DNA of 64,000 bases from Spirochaetaceae bacterium (GTDB lineage Bacteria; Spirochaetota; Spirochaetia; DSM-2461): NCBI GenBank assembly GCA_965224705.1, contig OZ245056.1, positions 2,048,001-2,112,000 on the forward strand, read 5' to 3'. Below, piece after piece: positions 1 through 10,088 of this stretch (position 1 is the first letter of the stretch; every line of letters starts with the position of its first letter). The notes below the pieces were generated by a model. That model did no database searches, was not told the origin of the DNA, and saw nothing but the letters and a program-made list of their open reading frames with translations. The position numbers and the translations under genes are program-made.

Positions 1-1
1 T

Positions 2-760
2 CCCGTATTTCTTCAATACACAGGGAAGAATAGACTGATGTACAGTTTGAATCTTCAGGATGCCGAACCTGGCTGGTATTCCATATCATTAAAGAATCCA
101 TCGGGTGAGTCCTATGTCAAAAAACGTGCTTTAAAGCTGCAGAAACCACCTGACCCTGATTCCCTGTCCGCTAAAATTTCAAGCGATATAAACCAGATGG
201 AACCCAATCCTGTACCAGAATTCCCCAATTCAATTTCATTGGGGTATACATTTTCCATGCCGGTTACGAGAGGGATATCTTTTTTTGAGTATAAACTATT
301 AGGATTCATGGTTGGTTTTTCCAGGGATATCTCCAATGAAGTATTGAGACGTCTTCCAGCTTTGAATGGATTGGGTTGGGAGATTAGTTTCCTGTTGACA
401 ACTACAGAAAGGCTTCATCTTTTTGTCGATAATGTTGATAGTCTGCATTTCACGCTGATCATGGGAGTACGGTATATTACACCCTGGAGTTTTCCGATTA
501 AGTTCCTTCTTCGTTTTGGTGCAGGTTTTACCAGCTCAATCTACACTTCCACAGTCTATGACCGCACAGCTAATATTGGTGGTCATACTCTTTCAGATCT
601 TGATTCATTGGATTTAACGATGAGAGCCGGTGCGGGGCTGTCTCTGCATATATCTCCGCGTATATTTTTGAATATTGTGTTCAATGCCAGTAGTATATTC
701 TTTTACAATAATACTTATTTCTTTCTCCAGCCTGCTGTTGAAGGTGGATTTCGGTGGTAA
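2..760 (+). CDS. 5'-partial hypothetical protein with a probable C-terminal outer-membrane beta-barrel
   Basis: Frame is open from base 2. C-terminal half has alternating hydrophobic strands and ends in an aromatic residue (GGFRW). Stop overlaps the next start. Confidence 0.6.
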   Translation, partial: PVFLQYTGKNRLMYSLNLQDAEPGWYSISLKNPSGESYVKKRALKLQKPPDPDSLSAKISSDINQMEPNPVPEFPNSISLGYTFSMPVTRGISFFEYKLLGFMVGFSRDISNEVLRRLPALNGLGWEISFLLTTTERLHLFVDNVDSLHFTLIMGVRYITPWSFPIKFLLRFGAGFTSSIYTSTVYDRTANIGGHTLSDLDSLDLTMRAGAGLSLHISPRIFLNIVFNASSIFFYNNTYFFLQPAVEGGFRW

Positions 761-2112
761 GATATTGCTTGATTCTTTTTCTATCCGCAGCAGTTCTCCC
801 TGTATTCGGTCAGGAGTCAATTGACCTGGTCAGTGAAAGTGGAGGTGTTGAATTGTCATGGGAAGCCATCCCGGCTGTTTATCGGGTAGAGATCAGGCAG
901 GATGGACAAATTCTCTATGCAATGGACTTAACTGAGAATAAACTCAAGGTAAAGCTGGAAAGGGGAGTCTATGAGTACCAGGTTAGTTTCCTCGATCCAT
1001 TTGGAAACATTGCAACGAAGACGGGGTGGAAAGAATTAGTCGTTCGATATGATAGTGTCCCCTGGTTCAGGGTGATTAACAGTATTGAGGGATGGGTAGG
1101 TGATGACCTGGTTGAACTGGAAATTGACAGTTCAGCCTTGAAGCAGGATACAACATTTCGGTTGGAGAAAGATGACCTCAAAGTCAGTATAACAGGTGAG
1201 AGAAGTGCTGATAGAATAAAATTCATGATCCGTACGGAAGAACTGTCAGCAGGCAGTTGGGATCTTGTTTCCATCAATTCCGCAGGCAGTACTTACCGGA
1301 GTCCTGGAGTACTTCGACTCAATGAATTCCTGGATCCGAATCCAGACAAGTTTGACACTCTGTACCTCCTCAATGATGGAGGAGCCAATATTGAGGTTCG
1401 TGGTGAGAATTTTGGCAAAAACATAGAGGCCGTTGTGAAGGGAGAAAATGGAGAAATTCCTGTTCAATCAATCACGTATATCTCCAGAAACAAAGCTGAA
1501 CTCAATCTGGAATTAACCGATTCCAAACCTGGAGATTACTCGATAATCCTTACCAGTCTATCCGGCGAAGAAACACATTTGGAGAATGCTCTGGTGATTC
1601 TGGATAAGAACAAACACGGTTCACGCCTGCCGGGATTTGAAATCCAGATGGGGTATTCCCCTATGATATCCTTCGTTCGGAGGGCAGATGATATCCCTCT
1701 TGTTCCCAATTTACTTGTTGTTGAAACATCTTTCATATTTAATTCTGGAATAAACGTACCCTTTCTGCGATCTCTGGGTGTCGGGATACATGGAAGCATT
1801 GGCCTCAATGGTCCTGGTGCCGCTGAGGAATCATTTGACATGATGGGCTCTGTTGATCTCGTTATCAACTGGCGCCCCAGGCTCAAGCGAGATTTATCTC
1901 CTTCCTTTGAGTTGGCAACGGGCAATATGTGGTTCAATTTCATTACGGCATCTGAATTCGAGAACTATCTATATGCTCGTCTTGTTATTGCCGCTGATAT
2001 CATGAATGCCAATAAGTATTTTCAAATAGGCGCATCATTATTGGTGAGCTTTGGTCAGGAAAGTACAATAACAACGATTGGACTGGTATTTCGGCGAGGT
2101 ATGCGGTTTTAG
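754..2112 (+). CDS. Exported protein with Fn3/Ig-like N-terminal domains and a probable C-terminal beta-barrel
   Basis: Signal peptide (LILFLSAAVLPVFG), LSW..YRVEI Fn3-like motif, IPT-like segment (IEVRGENFG), terminal Phe. Confidence 0.6.
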   Translation: MVRYCLILFLSAAVLPVFGQESIDLVSESGGVELSWEAIPAVYRVEIRQDGQILYAMDLTENKLKVKLERGVYEYQVSFLDPFGNIATKTGWKELVVRYDSVPWFRVINSIEGWVGDDLVELEIDSSALKQDTTFRLEKDDLKVSITGERSADRIKFMIRTEELSAGSWDLVSINSAGSTYRSPGVLRLNEFLDPNPDKFDTLYLLNDGGANIEVRGENFGKNIEAVVKGENGEIPVQSITYISRNKAELNLELTDSKPGDYSIILTSLSGEETHLENALVILDKNKHGSRLPGFEIQMGYSPMISFVRRADDIPLVPNLLVVETSFIFNSGINVPFLRSLGVGIHGSIGLNGPGAAEESFDMMGSVDLVINWRPRLKRDLSPSFELATGNMWFNFITASEFENYLYARLVIAADIMNANKYFQIGASLLVSFGQESTITTIGLVFRRGMRF

Positions 2113-2166
2113 TGGCGAAGAGAATCACTTTGTATCGAGACATACAAAGCGATTCATTACATGTAA

Positions 2167-2565
2167 CTAAGGAGAAATCTGTATATAATTTGTATATATA
2201 GACTTATTCAAATTAGCAATCCAGCGGACATAGTTCTTATGAATGACACCTTCTTCGAGATCGGCATCAAGGTTTGAACTGTCGACATAGGATATTACAT
2301 ATCCAGTTTTATCGTATTCAATACGTATATCAGCAACGATAGCACCTTCGGATTTTGAATACCGGGCTTCAATCAATCCTGTTCTATCTTCTTCTATAAC
2401 CCAACCATACTGAACCAGAGAAAGCCTGATGCTTTTTGCTAATAATTCTGTATCCAGGGGTTGGGGTAGACTATGACCTGTACTGACAGGGGTAAATTGA
2501 GTTGTCGTGAAACATGAGGCCAGCAACAATACCAAAACGGCCAGAAAAGTGATTTTAATCTTCAT
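2167..2565 (-). CDS. Putative lipoprotein
   Basis: MKIKITFLAVLVLLLASC lipobox; C-terminal IHKNYVRWIANL motif; GGAG upstream of the second Met. Confidence 0.75.
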   Translation of the reverse strand: MKIKITFLAVLVLLLASCFTTTQFTPVSTGHSLPQPLDTELLAKSIRLSLVQYGWVIEEDRTGLIEARYSKSEGAIVADIRIEYDKTGYVISYVDSSNLDADLEEGVIHKNYVRWIANLNKSIYTNYIQISP

Positions 2566-2751
2566 AGAAGGACTCCTTTCCAATACAGATTTTGACTCGT
2601 CGCCAAAATTTTCGGTAGATTAACAGGAATTCTCGCCACAGGTCAATAGAAAAATCTGAAATACACCATAATTTCTTAAATTCCAAAAAATGGGATCCAG
2701 ATGCTTTGAGACAGGTCGGCATAAAGCCTGGGAATCTTCCTGTGCCAGAAC

Positions 2752-3993
2752 TTACCCGCAGTTACTGTTGAGCCGCCGTTTTTTTATTATCAATGACGTA
2801 TTAATCCCGCCAAAGGCAAAATTATTACACATTATATGCTCAGGATTCATCTCCCGTCCATCTCCGATTATGTAATCGAGATCACCACATTCGGGATCCA
2901 GGTTATTCAGATTGAGATTAGGAGCGATCCACCCTGTATTCATCATCTGTATGGACAACCAGGTTTCGATTGCTCCGCAAGCACCCAGTGTGTGACCTAT
3001 GTAGCTCTTGAGAGTACTGTAGGGTATCGGTCTTCCGAAACAGTTCCTCGTCGCATTGCTTTCCGCAACGTCACCATGCTGTGTTGCCGTACCGTGTCCG
3101 TTTACGTAATCAATCTGTTGGGAATGGATTCCCGCATCATCAATCGCAAGTTCAAGTGCAATTTCCATAGTATTGCTATTCGGTTGTGTAATATGATCCC
3201 CATCCGTATTCGTACCAAAACCTATGACTTCTGCATGGATTTGAGCACCTCTTTCCTTCGCGTGTTCCAGTTCTTCCAGTATAAGAGTACCGGCACCTTC
3301 TCCAACGACAAGACCATCCCGGTCCCTGTCAAATGGACTGGGCGTTACTTTTGGAGTTTCATTTTTCGTACTTGTCGCATATATCGTATCAAAGACAGCC
3401 GATCCTGTTGGATTCAGTTCCTCAGCCCCTCCACAGATCATTATTTTTTGCTTTCCTTCACGAATTGTTTCAAATCCAAGCCCTACGGCATGACTTCCTG
3501 AAGTACAGGCCGTGTTTGTGGTTAAGAGACGCCCTGTCGTTTTAAAGAATACACCGATATTCACAGCACAGGTTTGGGCCATGGACCGAATGTACGTCGT
3601 CGCTGTGATTCCCTGAGCATCATTTTTTTTCAACATTGAAAAGTAGTCCATCATAGCGTCAATATTACCTGTGGAAGAACCATATGAAACACCAGTACTT
3701 CCATCCGTCAATGCCGGATGTTCGAGCAATCCAGCCGCATTAAGAGCCATCTCCGCAGAATGAACGGCTAAAAGAGCAACCTTTCCCATTCCCCGAACTT
3801 TCTTTCTAGGGTATTTCGGTGGAATCCAGTCTGCGGGAGATGCCAGTCTTGTGTTCAGCCTCTGATATCTATCCCATTCATCCATTCGGATAATTTTGTT
3901 CTCTTTTTTACGAAGATTCTCTTCAATGGTTTTCCAATCAGATCCCAGGGGAGATATTGCAGATCCGCCTGTTACAACAACACGTTTTCTCAT
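2752..3993 (-). CDS. Beta-ketoacyl-ACP synthase (FabF-like; ApeR position)
   Basis: RRVVVTG start, catalytic TACTSG, HGTAT, KSYIGHTLGA and NNFAFGG motifs. Confidence 0.95.
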   Translation of the reverse strand: MRKRVVVTGGSAISPLGSDWKTIEENLRKKENKIIRMDEWDRYQRLNTRLASPADWIPPKYPRKKVRGMGKVALLAVHSAEMALNAAGLLEHPALTDGSTGVSYGSSTGNIDAMMDYFSMLKKNDAQGITATTYIRSMAQTCAVNIGVFFKTTGRLLTTNTACTSGSHAVGLGFETIREGKQKIMICGGAEELNPTGSAVFDTIYATSTKNETPKVTPSPFDRDRDGLVVGEGAGTLILEELEHAKERGAQIHAEVIGFGTNTDGDHITQPNSNTMEIALELAIDDAGIHSQQIDYVNGHGTATQHGDVAESNATRNCFGRPIPYSTLKSYIGHTLGACGAIETWLSIQMMNTGWIAPNLNLNNLDPECGDLDYIIGDGREMNPEHIMCNNFAFGGINTSLIIKKRRLNSNCG

Positions 3994-4712
3994 ATCATTC
4001 CTCCGTTAACAGAAATAACCTGTCTTGTGATGTAAGAGGCGCTATCTGACAGAAGAAAAGCAGCAAGTCCGGCCACTTCTTCCGGTTTTCCCATTCTTCT
4101 AAGGGGAATAGCGGATTTTACATGATCCCATGGAACCTCATTGGCCATTTCGCTTTCAATGACACCAGGAGCAATACAGTTAACAGTTATCTCGCGTTTA
4201 CCCATTTCTACAGCCAGGGCTTTAGTCGCGCCGATTATACCCGCTTTGGAGGCACTGTAGTTAACCTGCCCCCTATTTCCCATCAGTCCGGAGACAGAAG
4301 AAAGAGTGATTATACGGCCAGGTTTGCGGCTTCTAACCATGGGCATGATCAGGGGACTCAGGACATTGTAGAATCCGTCGAGATTCGTATGTATGACTCT
4401 ATCCCAGTCCTCCCCGGAAATAGAGGGAAAGGCATTATCCGCAGCTATTCCAGCATTGCAGATAACGCCATAATAGATTCCGCCACTTTCTACATCTTTT
4501 TCAAGAGAAGCTTTACATGCCTCACGATCTGAAATGTCGAAGGTGATAGCATGGGCCGAACCACCGCCATCCCTTATTTGATTCACCGTATCTTCAGCTC
4601 CATTTTTGTCCCGATTGTAATGTACGGCGACTTCATACTCTGCTGCTCCGGCGGCTACGGCTATGGCTTTACCTATACCTTTGCTGGCTCCGGTTACCAA
4701 TACTCTCTTCAT
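3990..4712 (-). CDS. fabG: 3-oxoacyl-ACP reductase (ApeQ-like)
   Basis: TGASKGIG, NAG and YSASKAG SDR motifs. Confidence 0.95.
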   Translation of the reverse strand: MKRVLVTGASKGIGKAIAVAAGAAEYEVAVHYNRDKNGAEDTVNQIRDGGGSAHAITFDISDREACKASLEKDVESGGIYYGVICNAGIAADNAFPSISGEDWDRVIHTNLDGFYNVLSPLIMPMVRSRKPGRIITLSSVSGLMGNRGQVNYSASKAGIIGATKALAVEMGKREITVNCIAPGVIESEMANEVPWDHVKSAIPLRRMGKPEEVAGLAAFLLSDSASYITRQVISVNGGMI

Positions 4713-4728
4713 AAATTATCCTTTATTA

Positions 4729-5202
4729 TCACAATTCGGAAACCCATTTATCAATGATTTCCTTGTTATTTTCTATGACATTGACTACGGCAGTGGAATA
4801 GACTTTACCGTCGACGGAAGCCTCACCTTCAAATACGGCCACTTCACCGTCGCGAAAAATCTGTTTCACAGAAATGGTAACCCTGTCACCGGAAGAAAAA
4901 CCGGCAGCTTCTCCCCTGAAGTTGCGGATTCCCATGATGAATCCGATCTTCGGTTCTTTACCGCCATCGCGATAATTAATACCCGATAGTACGCCAATGC
5001 TCTGAGCCATGTACTCAAAGGAGATCCAGAGGGGAATGATTTCTTCCTCCTTTCGATAAAACTCGCTGGCTGTTGTTACGTCCACCTCTGTTTCTATAGT
5101 CTTGTCCTCCATGCTGTATTCCTTTACCCGATCGAGAAGCAGCATTCTTCCCTGATGGGGGGAGTACTCATATAATTCGGGTTTATTGCAGGGAACTTTC
5201 AT
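4729..5202 (-). CDS. Hotdog-fold dehydratase (ApeP-like)
   Basis: PHQGRMLLLD and EYMAQS motifs; lies between KS and KR as in ape clusters. Confidence 0.85.
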   Translation of the reverse strand: MKVPCNKPELYEYSPHQGRMLLLDRVKEYSMEDKTIETEVDVTTASEFYRKEEEIIPLWISFEYMAQSIGVLSGINYRDGGKEPKIGFIMGIRNFRGEAAGFSSGDRVTISVKQIFRDGEVAVFEGEASVDGKVYSTAVVNVIENNKEIIDKWVSEL

Positions 5203-6380
5203 CCCTCCCCCTCCTCGGCGGTAATGATAAGGCTGACGTTACAACCTCCGAAAGCATAGGAATTGCTCATACAGGTTTTTATTTCAGGCAGAACGGTTCG
5301 GGAACCGGTCATGTTCAATTGAATTTCATCGCTTTCACCATCCCAGAGATGGGGAGGGAGTTGTTTCTCTCGGTTCAGGGGAGAGAGGACAAGCCAGCAG
5401 AACCCCAATTCTACGGCACTGGCCGCTCCCAGAGTATGGCCGGTCATGGTTTTGGTACTCGAAGAATAGGGCAGAACATCAAATACGGCCGCAGTGGCTA
5501 TAGCTTCCATCGCATCGTTCAGCTCTGTTCCCGTTCCATGCAGGTTAATATAGTCTATAGTAGGACTGCCCGCGTCGGCCAGGGCTTCCAGCATTGCTTT
5601 CACGGCACCCCTGCCCTCAGGATCGGGGGCTGTCATATGGTGGGCGTCGGAACACTCACCGCATCCGGTCAGCCGAATGGAACTCTCACCGAGTGACTCG
5701 GAGGTTATCGTGAAGAGGGCGGCCCCCTCCCCCAGGTTGATCCCCTTCCTGTTCCGGCTGAAAGGATTAGTCGGTTTCGAGTCGACGGCCTCCAGGGAAA
5801 CAAATCCCTTTAAGACCGACTCGCTCACGATGTCGGCACCACCGACCACAGCTCCGCCGATGATACCGGATAGTATCATCCTTCTGGCCAGAGCCAGGGC
5901 GCTTCCGCTGGAAGTACATGCTGTCGCGATGGAAGTCCCGAATCCCTTCAGTCCGAAAAACTCCTTTACGTATTCAACGGGGTAATGAGCCTGCTGCTTC
6001 TCCAGGGAGTACTGACGGGGATATTTCCCATTTTCGCGGTATGCTTTCAGTGCTTGAAGAGACTCTTCCGAACCGTTGTCCGTAGAACCTAGAATCACAC
6101 CGATTCTCCTCTCACCGAAGCGCTCCTTCATTTTCCCGACCGATCCGGTGAGTTGAGAACAGGCATGATAAAGAAGCACGTTTATCCTGTTTCCCCTTTC
6201 CCGTACAGCCTCTTCGCTGTAGAGGGAAGAACAGTGTCCCACGGGATATTCCGATTCTCCGGCTGCCTGATAGACAAAGTGGTCCCTCTTTCCCGAGAGG
6301 AGGGAAGCCAGAACAGCTTCTTTACCTGCAGCCTGAGAAGTTATAATTCCAAGATCATTGAGATAGACGCTTTGTGTCAT
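5199..6380 (-). CDS. Beta-ketoacyl-ACP synthase (ApeO-like)
   Basis: TACTSSG, GINLGEGAA, HGTGT and SNSYAFGG motifs. Start moved to the ATG at 6380, just after the upstream stop. Confidence 0.92.
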   Translation of the reverse strand: MTQSVYLNDLGIITSQAAGKEAVLASLLSGKRDHFVYQAAGESEYPVGHCSSLYSEEAVRERGNRINVLLYHACSQLTGSVGKMKERFGERRIGVILGSTDNGSEESLQALKAYRENGKYPRQYSLEKQQAHYPVEYVKEFFGLKGFGTSIATACTSSGSALALARRMILSGIIGGAVVGGADIVSESVLKGFVSLEAVDSKPTNPFSRNRKGINLGEGAALFTITSESLGESSIRLTGCGECSDAHHMTAPDPEGRGAVKAMLEALADAGSPTIDYINLHGTGTELNDAMEAIATAAVFDVLPYSSSTKTMTGHTLGAASAVELGFCWLVLSPLNREKQLPPHLWDGESDEIQLNMTGSRTVLPEIKTCMSNSYAFGGCNVSLIITAEEGEG

Positions 6381-6381
6381 C

Positions 6382-6948
6382 TTACTGTTCCTCAATCAAA
6401 TACTCATAGCTGCGAAGATTATTCACATATTCGAGCCTGTTATTGGATCTGGTAACGATGATGACCGGCTCATCTCCGTTGAAAATGGTTCTTCTCCACC
6501 CCCCTTTAACGGGCTTCTGCTCAAAAGTCAGTCCCGATGCCTCAACCATCGTCTTCACATCCTCCTCAGGATAATAGCAGAACTGTATATCCGCCAGCAT
6601 GTACAGAGCGCTGGAACCAGGGAGATCCATAATGGTCTCGTATCGGGCCTCACCCCCGTGGTACTGGAGATTGTATACTGAATTTCCCAGAGGGGAGAAA
6701 GCGGCTGCTGATATCTCATCGGGACTCAGAATCACGATAGTCTGCATGATGTATTCCGTTCCGCCATAATTTCCTTCAATGAGCTGAAGGATCTCCCTTT
6801 CTTCAGGAAATGATGATGTGGGGAGAAGAGCGGCCGTATGCTCGTCGGTTAGATAGACGGGAGGAGAAATTTCATCAGCCGTTCCGGATGTGCGGCATGA
6901 AGTCACCGGAGAAAGAAGGAACGGCAGCAGAAAAAGAAGATGGCGCAT
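6382..6948 (-). CDS. DUF3261-like lipoprotein (ApeN-like)
   Basis: MRHLLFLLPFLLSPVTSC lipobox; YMLADIQFCYYP resembles the DUF3261 motif; syntenic position. Confidence 0.75.
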   Translation of the reverse strand: MRHLLFLLPFLLSPVTSCRTSGTADEISPPVYLTDEHTAALLPTSSFPEEREILQLIEGNYGGTEYIMQTIVILSPDEISAAAFSPLGNSVYNLQYHGGEARYETIMDLPGSSALYMLADIQFCYYPEEDVKTMVEASGLTFEQKPVKGGWRRTIFNGDEPVIIVTRSNNRLEYVNNLRSYEYLIEEQ

Positions 6949-7039
6949 GTTCAAATACCTCGATAAATCAATAAGGTGTGGTTTCGCCTGCACAGGAGTC
7001 ATCCCAGGAGGTTCCCAGTATAGGGAAAAACGGCTTGTT

Positions 7040-9379
7040 TTACAACTGATGCCGATGCTCCTGGCGGTTCAGCAGCAAGGTGATAAACCATGTGAGAAAA
7101 ATTCCCGATGCAGCAGTGGTTCCGAATACTCCAGCGATGGAAGTGAGTCCCAGAAGTCCGAAAGCGAGAACAGAGGTCATCATGCTCAATGTGATCGATA
7201 GAAGCACGGCATGGTTTCTTTTTTCCGATTCAAAGAGGAGGATGATGTAATCAGTTCCCATACCGGGAATGAGTATGAGCCCAACGATGACAAAGAGGTT
7301 GACTGGCAGATTGAGAAGCGACACAAGGGAAAGCGTGCAGAGACTCGCTGCGGCGGGAATGAGAACAACCATAAGAGCCCGTTTGATACCATATCGGAGA
7401 GCGAGTCCTCCAAGTATGACAGCATAGGATACTAAAATGATCGTCAAGGCGAGTCGGCTCAGATCACCAAGGGTCTGGTTCGTATCGTCGACTTTGTTTA
7501 TGAGATAGACATCCGTATGATTTGCCGCGACAGTTTTCATGGCGTCCATATCTTTGATTCCAAAGAGCATGAGAGATGTGTAATATCCGCCGTTCACCTC
7601 TCCTATGTGGAGAGTATCAGTCAGAGAGCTGAGCGGAAGCGAGAAGAGATCATTTTGATCAATATATTTCTCCTGCAGCAGGGAGAAGGCATCTCGATTG
7701 CTTTCCAGTTCCCCCGGACCGAAGCCCAGAAAATGAAGCTGATTTTCCAGCAGGGGCAGAAGGTGATTCCTCACGAGCTTGAGATTGTTGCTCTGCACCT
7801 TCCGGGAGGGCAGGAGAATGCTCAACCCCAGGCTTGATTCGAGTTTCTCCAGACGGATCAGTTCGTCCAGATCAACGCGAATCGCTTCCTCTTTCCTCAG
7901 ATTGTCTTCCAGGTTCTCACCACGGATCAGCAGGTAAACACCGGAAGAGCCGTGATCAAGTATTTGCGCACTCCTGTGCTCCCAGTCGGAGAGCTGGTCG
8001 CTCATTGTGTAGAGATCGCGGACGTTATTATTCAGCTTCAGATCTTTCAATCCCAGGAAGGAAAAAATCGAAAGTACAGCCAATATGCCTCCCTTCATCG
8101 CAGGCGGGAGGGACGCTGCGCGGCTGAAAAGCGCTCCTGTCAAATACACGGCCCGGTTTGCGCCTGCCTTTGTCCTCTCCGACGGGGGCCTCAGGTTCCC
8201 ATAGAGAAAAAGTACACTGAGGTATGTACTCGTCAGGCCGGCAATAGAGAAAAGAGCCATCTGCTGAAGGAGGGGAAATGACGAGAGGGTAAAAGCGGCA
8301 TAGCTGAGAAGCGTTGTAATGAGACCGGTGGTTATACCGGGAAGTATTTTCCTCACAACGGTACGGCTCCTTCGTCCTTCAGCCCATTCAGTAAAGAAGT
8401 GAAAAGAATAGTCGACGCTGATTCCGATCAGACTGGTTCCAAAAACAACAGTGAAGATATGAATTTCCTGGAACAGAATAACCGTGACGGCCAGCCCCGT
8501 CAGAATCCCCATGACAATAGCCGTCACCGCGGCGGCCAGGGGCTTAAAGGACCGGAAAACGAGAAGGATCATAATGATGATGAAGAGTGTGGACAGGGTG
8601 CTGAGAAGGGAAATTTCCCGCTGCGACTTTTGCGCGCTGTCCCACGAATGAAAGGGGACGCCGGAAAAGATGAATTCTTCTCCATCGAACTGCGCCCCGA
8701 TCCTTTCGGCAGCTTCGTGGACGAGGGGAACGGGATGGCCATCCATCTCCACAGAGACGCCCGAGATACCGGACCGGAAAGTGATGAGTATCCAGTGTTT
8801 ACCTTCCCATTCCCTGGTCAGAAGAAAATCTTTCACTCCCACGGCCATATTGCCCAGAATCCCCGAGCTGGTGAAGTACTGGAGTGCGTCACCAGCAAGT
8901 AGAAAAGGATCCTCGTCAATGTAATCGAGAGCGCCCATGGATACGGGGCTCGATAATGTGAAATAGGCACGTTCCGCAAGGGCGGCCCCATTCCCCGCCG
9001 CGAGGAGATACTGCACCTCCGGCGTGAGGAAGTGATACCGGTATTTGTGGAGATATCGCTGGACATCACCCAGTGAGGAGGTGGTAACCTCGTGCTGTAT
9101 CGATTCGATTCCGTCTGTTCCCTCCAACTCGGCGGCGAATAGGCGGGAGATCTCCTTTGCTTTGGAGAAGTCTTCATGACCGACAAGAGCCGTCATGTTG
9201 GAATTGACCGTATCGCTCAGTTTCCCTTCTACAGGAGAGAGTTCTTTGACGGGATTGGTGTCGGGAAGAATCGAATAGAGGCTCGTTTCTACAACCGGTG
9301 AACCCAGAAGGAAAAAGAAGATCAACACTGTAAGGTGCAAGGCGGCCCATAGAGAGAGGTTGATCTTACGGGAAAACAC
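7040..9379 (-). CDS. MMPL/RND-family exporter (ApeM-like)
   Basis: Two multi-TM halves, FGTSLIGISVDYSFH motif, DPFLL in the periplasmic loop. Confidence 0.9.
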   Translation of the reverse strand: MFSRKINLSLWAALHLTVLIFFFLLGSPVVETSLYSILPDTNPVKELSPVEGKLSDTVNSNMTALVGHEDFSKAKEISRLFAAELEGTDGIESIQHEVTTSSLGDVQRYLHKYRYHFLTPEVQYLLAAGNGAALAERAYFTLSSPVSMGALDYIDEDPFLLAGDALQYFTSSGILGNMAVGVKDFLLTREWEGKHWILITFRSGISGVSVEMDGHPVPLVHEAAERIGAQFDGEEFIFSGVPFHSWDSAQKSQREISLLSTLSTLFIIIMILLVFRSFKPLAAAVTAIVMGILTGLAVTVILFQEIHIFTVVFGTSLIGISVDYSFHFFTEWAEGRRSRTVVRKILPGITTGLITTLLSYAAFTLSSFPLLQQMALFSIAGLTSTYLSVLFLYGNLRPPSERTKAGANRAVYLTGALFSRAASLPPAMKGGILAVLSIFSFLGLKDLKLNNNVRDLYTMSDQLSDWEHRSAQILDHGSSGVYLLIRGENLEDNLRKEEAIRVDLDELIRLEKLESSLGLSILLPSRKVQSNNLKLVRNHLLPLLENQLHFLGFGPGELESNRDAFSLLQEKYIDQNDLFSLPLSSLTDTLHIGEVNGGYYTSLMLFGIKDMDAMKTVAANHTDVYLINKVDDTNQTLGDLSRLALTIILVSYAVILGGLALRYGIKRALMVVLIPAAASLCTLSLVSLLNLPVNLFVIVGLILIPGMGTDYIILLFESEKRNHAVLLSITLSMMTSVLAFGLLGLTSIAGVFGTTAASGIFLTWFITLLLNRQEHRHQL

Positions 9380-10028
9380 TGTTCTCTTCTTCGCTCAGCT
9401 CGTCGGGATAGACATGGTCTGAAAAGCTGTAAGTGATCGTGTCGCCTCCCGACTCAAGTATGAAGAAACTGTCGATAAAGTCAGTCCCTTCAAGTTCAAA
9501 CGCCGACACGATCCCCTTCAAAGTGGAATCTCGGGGAATCAGTCCGATCTTCCAGTGCCCCTCTTCTCCGTCACGGTAGAAGAGTTCGTATTCATTGATA
9601 ATAATGTCGGTTTGCCCGAGAAACAGGGACTGGACTGTCAGAGAGAATCGATGAAACGTTTCGTTTCCCCCGGCACTGAGCACCCTCTCCTGACCGCCGG
9701 AACCCCTCTGAATCATGGCCCTGTCGGTCAGAACTGTCGTCGTGGGAAAGGGCTTTTCTACAATCCAGGCGATCCCTTTTTCCGAATCAAAGAGCATTCG
9801 CCCTGTCGAAGTAAGAGTTCTGTTCAGCCGTTTGATTAACTTGTCCTGCGAAAAGCGGCACTTCACATAGTGATAAGTGGAAATATCCCGGAATATATCC
9901 TCGACCCTTACCCGACTTTCGGCCGTTAGAGGCGATTCAAAGAGATCAGCAGCACCGGCTTCAAAGAGGGAAACCAGCAGCAGAAGGAAGAGGAGTTTTC
10001 TGTGCCAGACGACTCTCATAGAGTCCAC
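9366..10028 (-). CDS. LolA-like lipoprotein carrier (ApeL-like); N-terminal residues come from the thioesterase stub
   Basis: FSQDK..LTSTG..GIAW..KPF LolA pattern after a hydrophobic signal segment. Confidence 0.8.
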   Translation of the reverse strand: MDSMRVVWHRKLLFLLLLVSLFEAGAADLFESPLTAESRVRVEDIFRDISTYHYVKCRFSQDKLIKRLNRTLTSTGRMLFDSEKGIAWIVEKPFPTTTVLTDRAMIQRGSGGQERVLSAGGNETFHRFSLTVQSLFLGQTDIIINEYELFYRDGEEGHWKIGLIPRDSTLKGIVSAFELEGTDFIDSFFILESGGDTITYSFSDHVYPDELSEEENSVFP

Positions 10029-10088
10029 ATCACAGGCTCATAGGATTCAGCCTTCAAAGGAGAAGTCAGCAAAAATCTTGTCATTCAT
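10002..10088 (-). pseudogene. Stub of an acyl-CoA thioesterase (ApeK / 4-hydroxybenzoyl-CoA thioesterase-like)
   Basis: Reads MNDKIFADFSFE...DVDSMRVVWH with frame disruptions. DxDxMxVVWH is the N-terminal motif of this family, and this is the syntenic slot for it. Confidence 0.7.
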
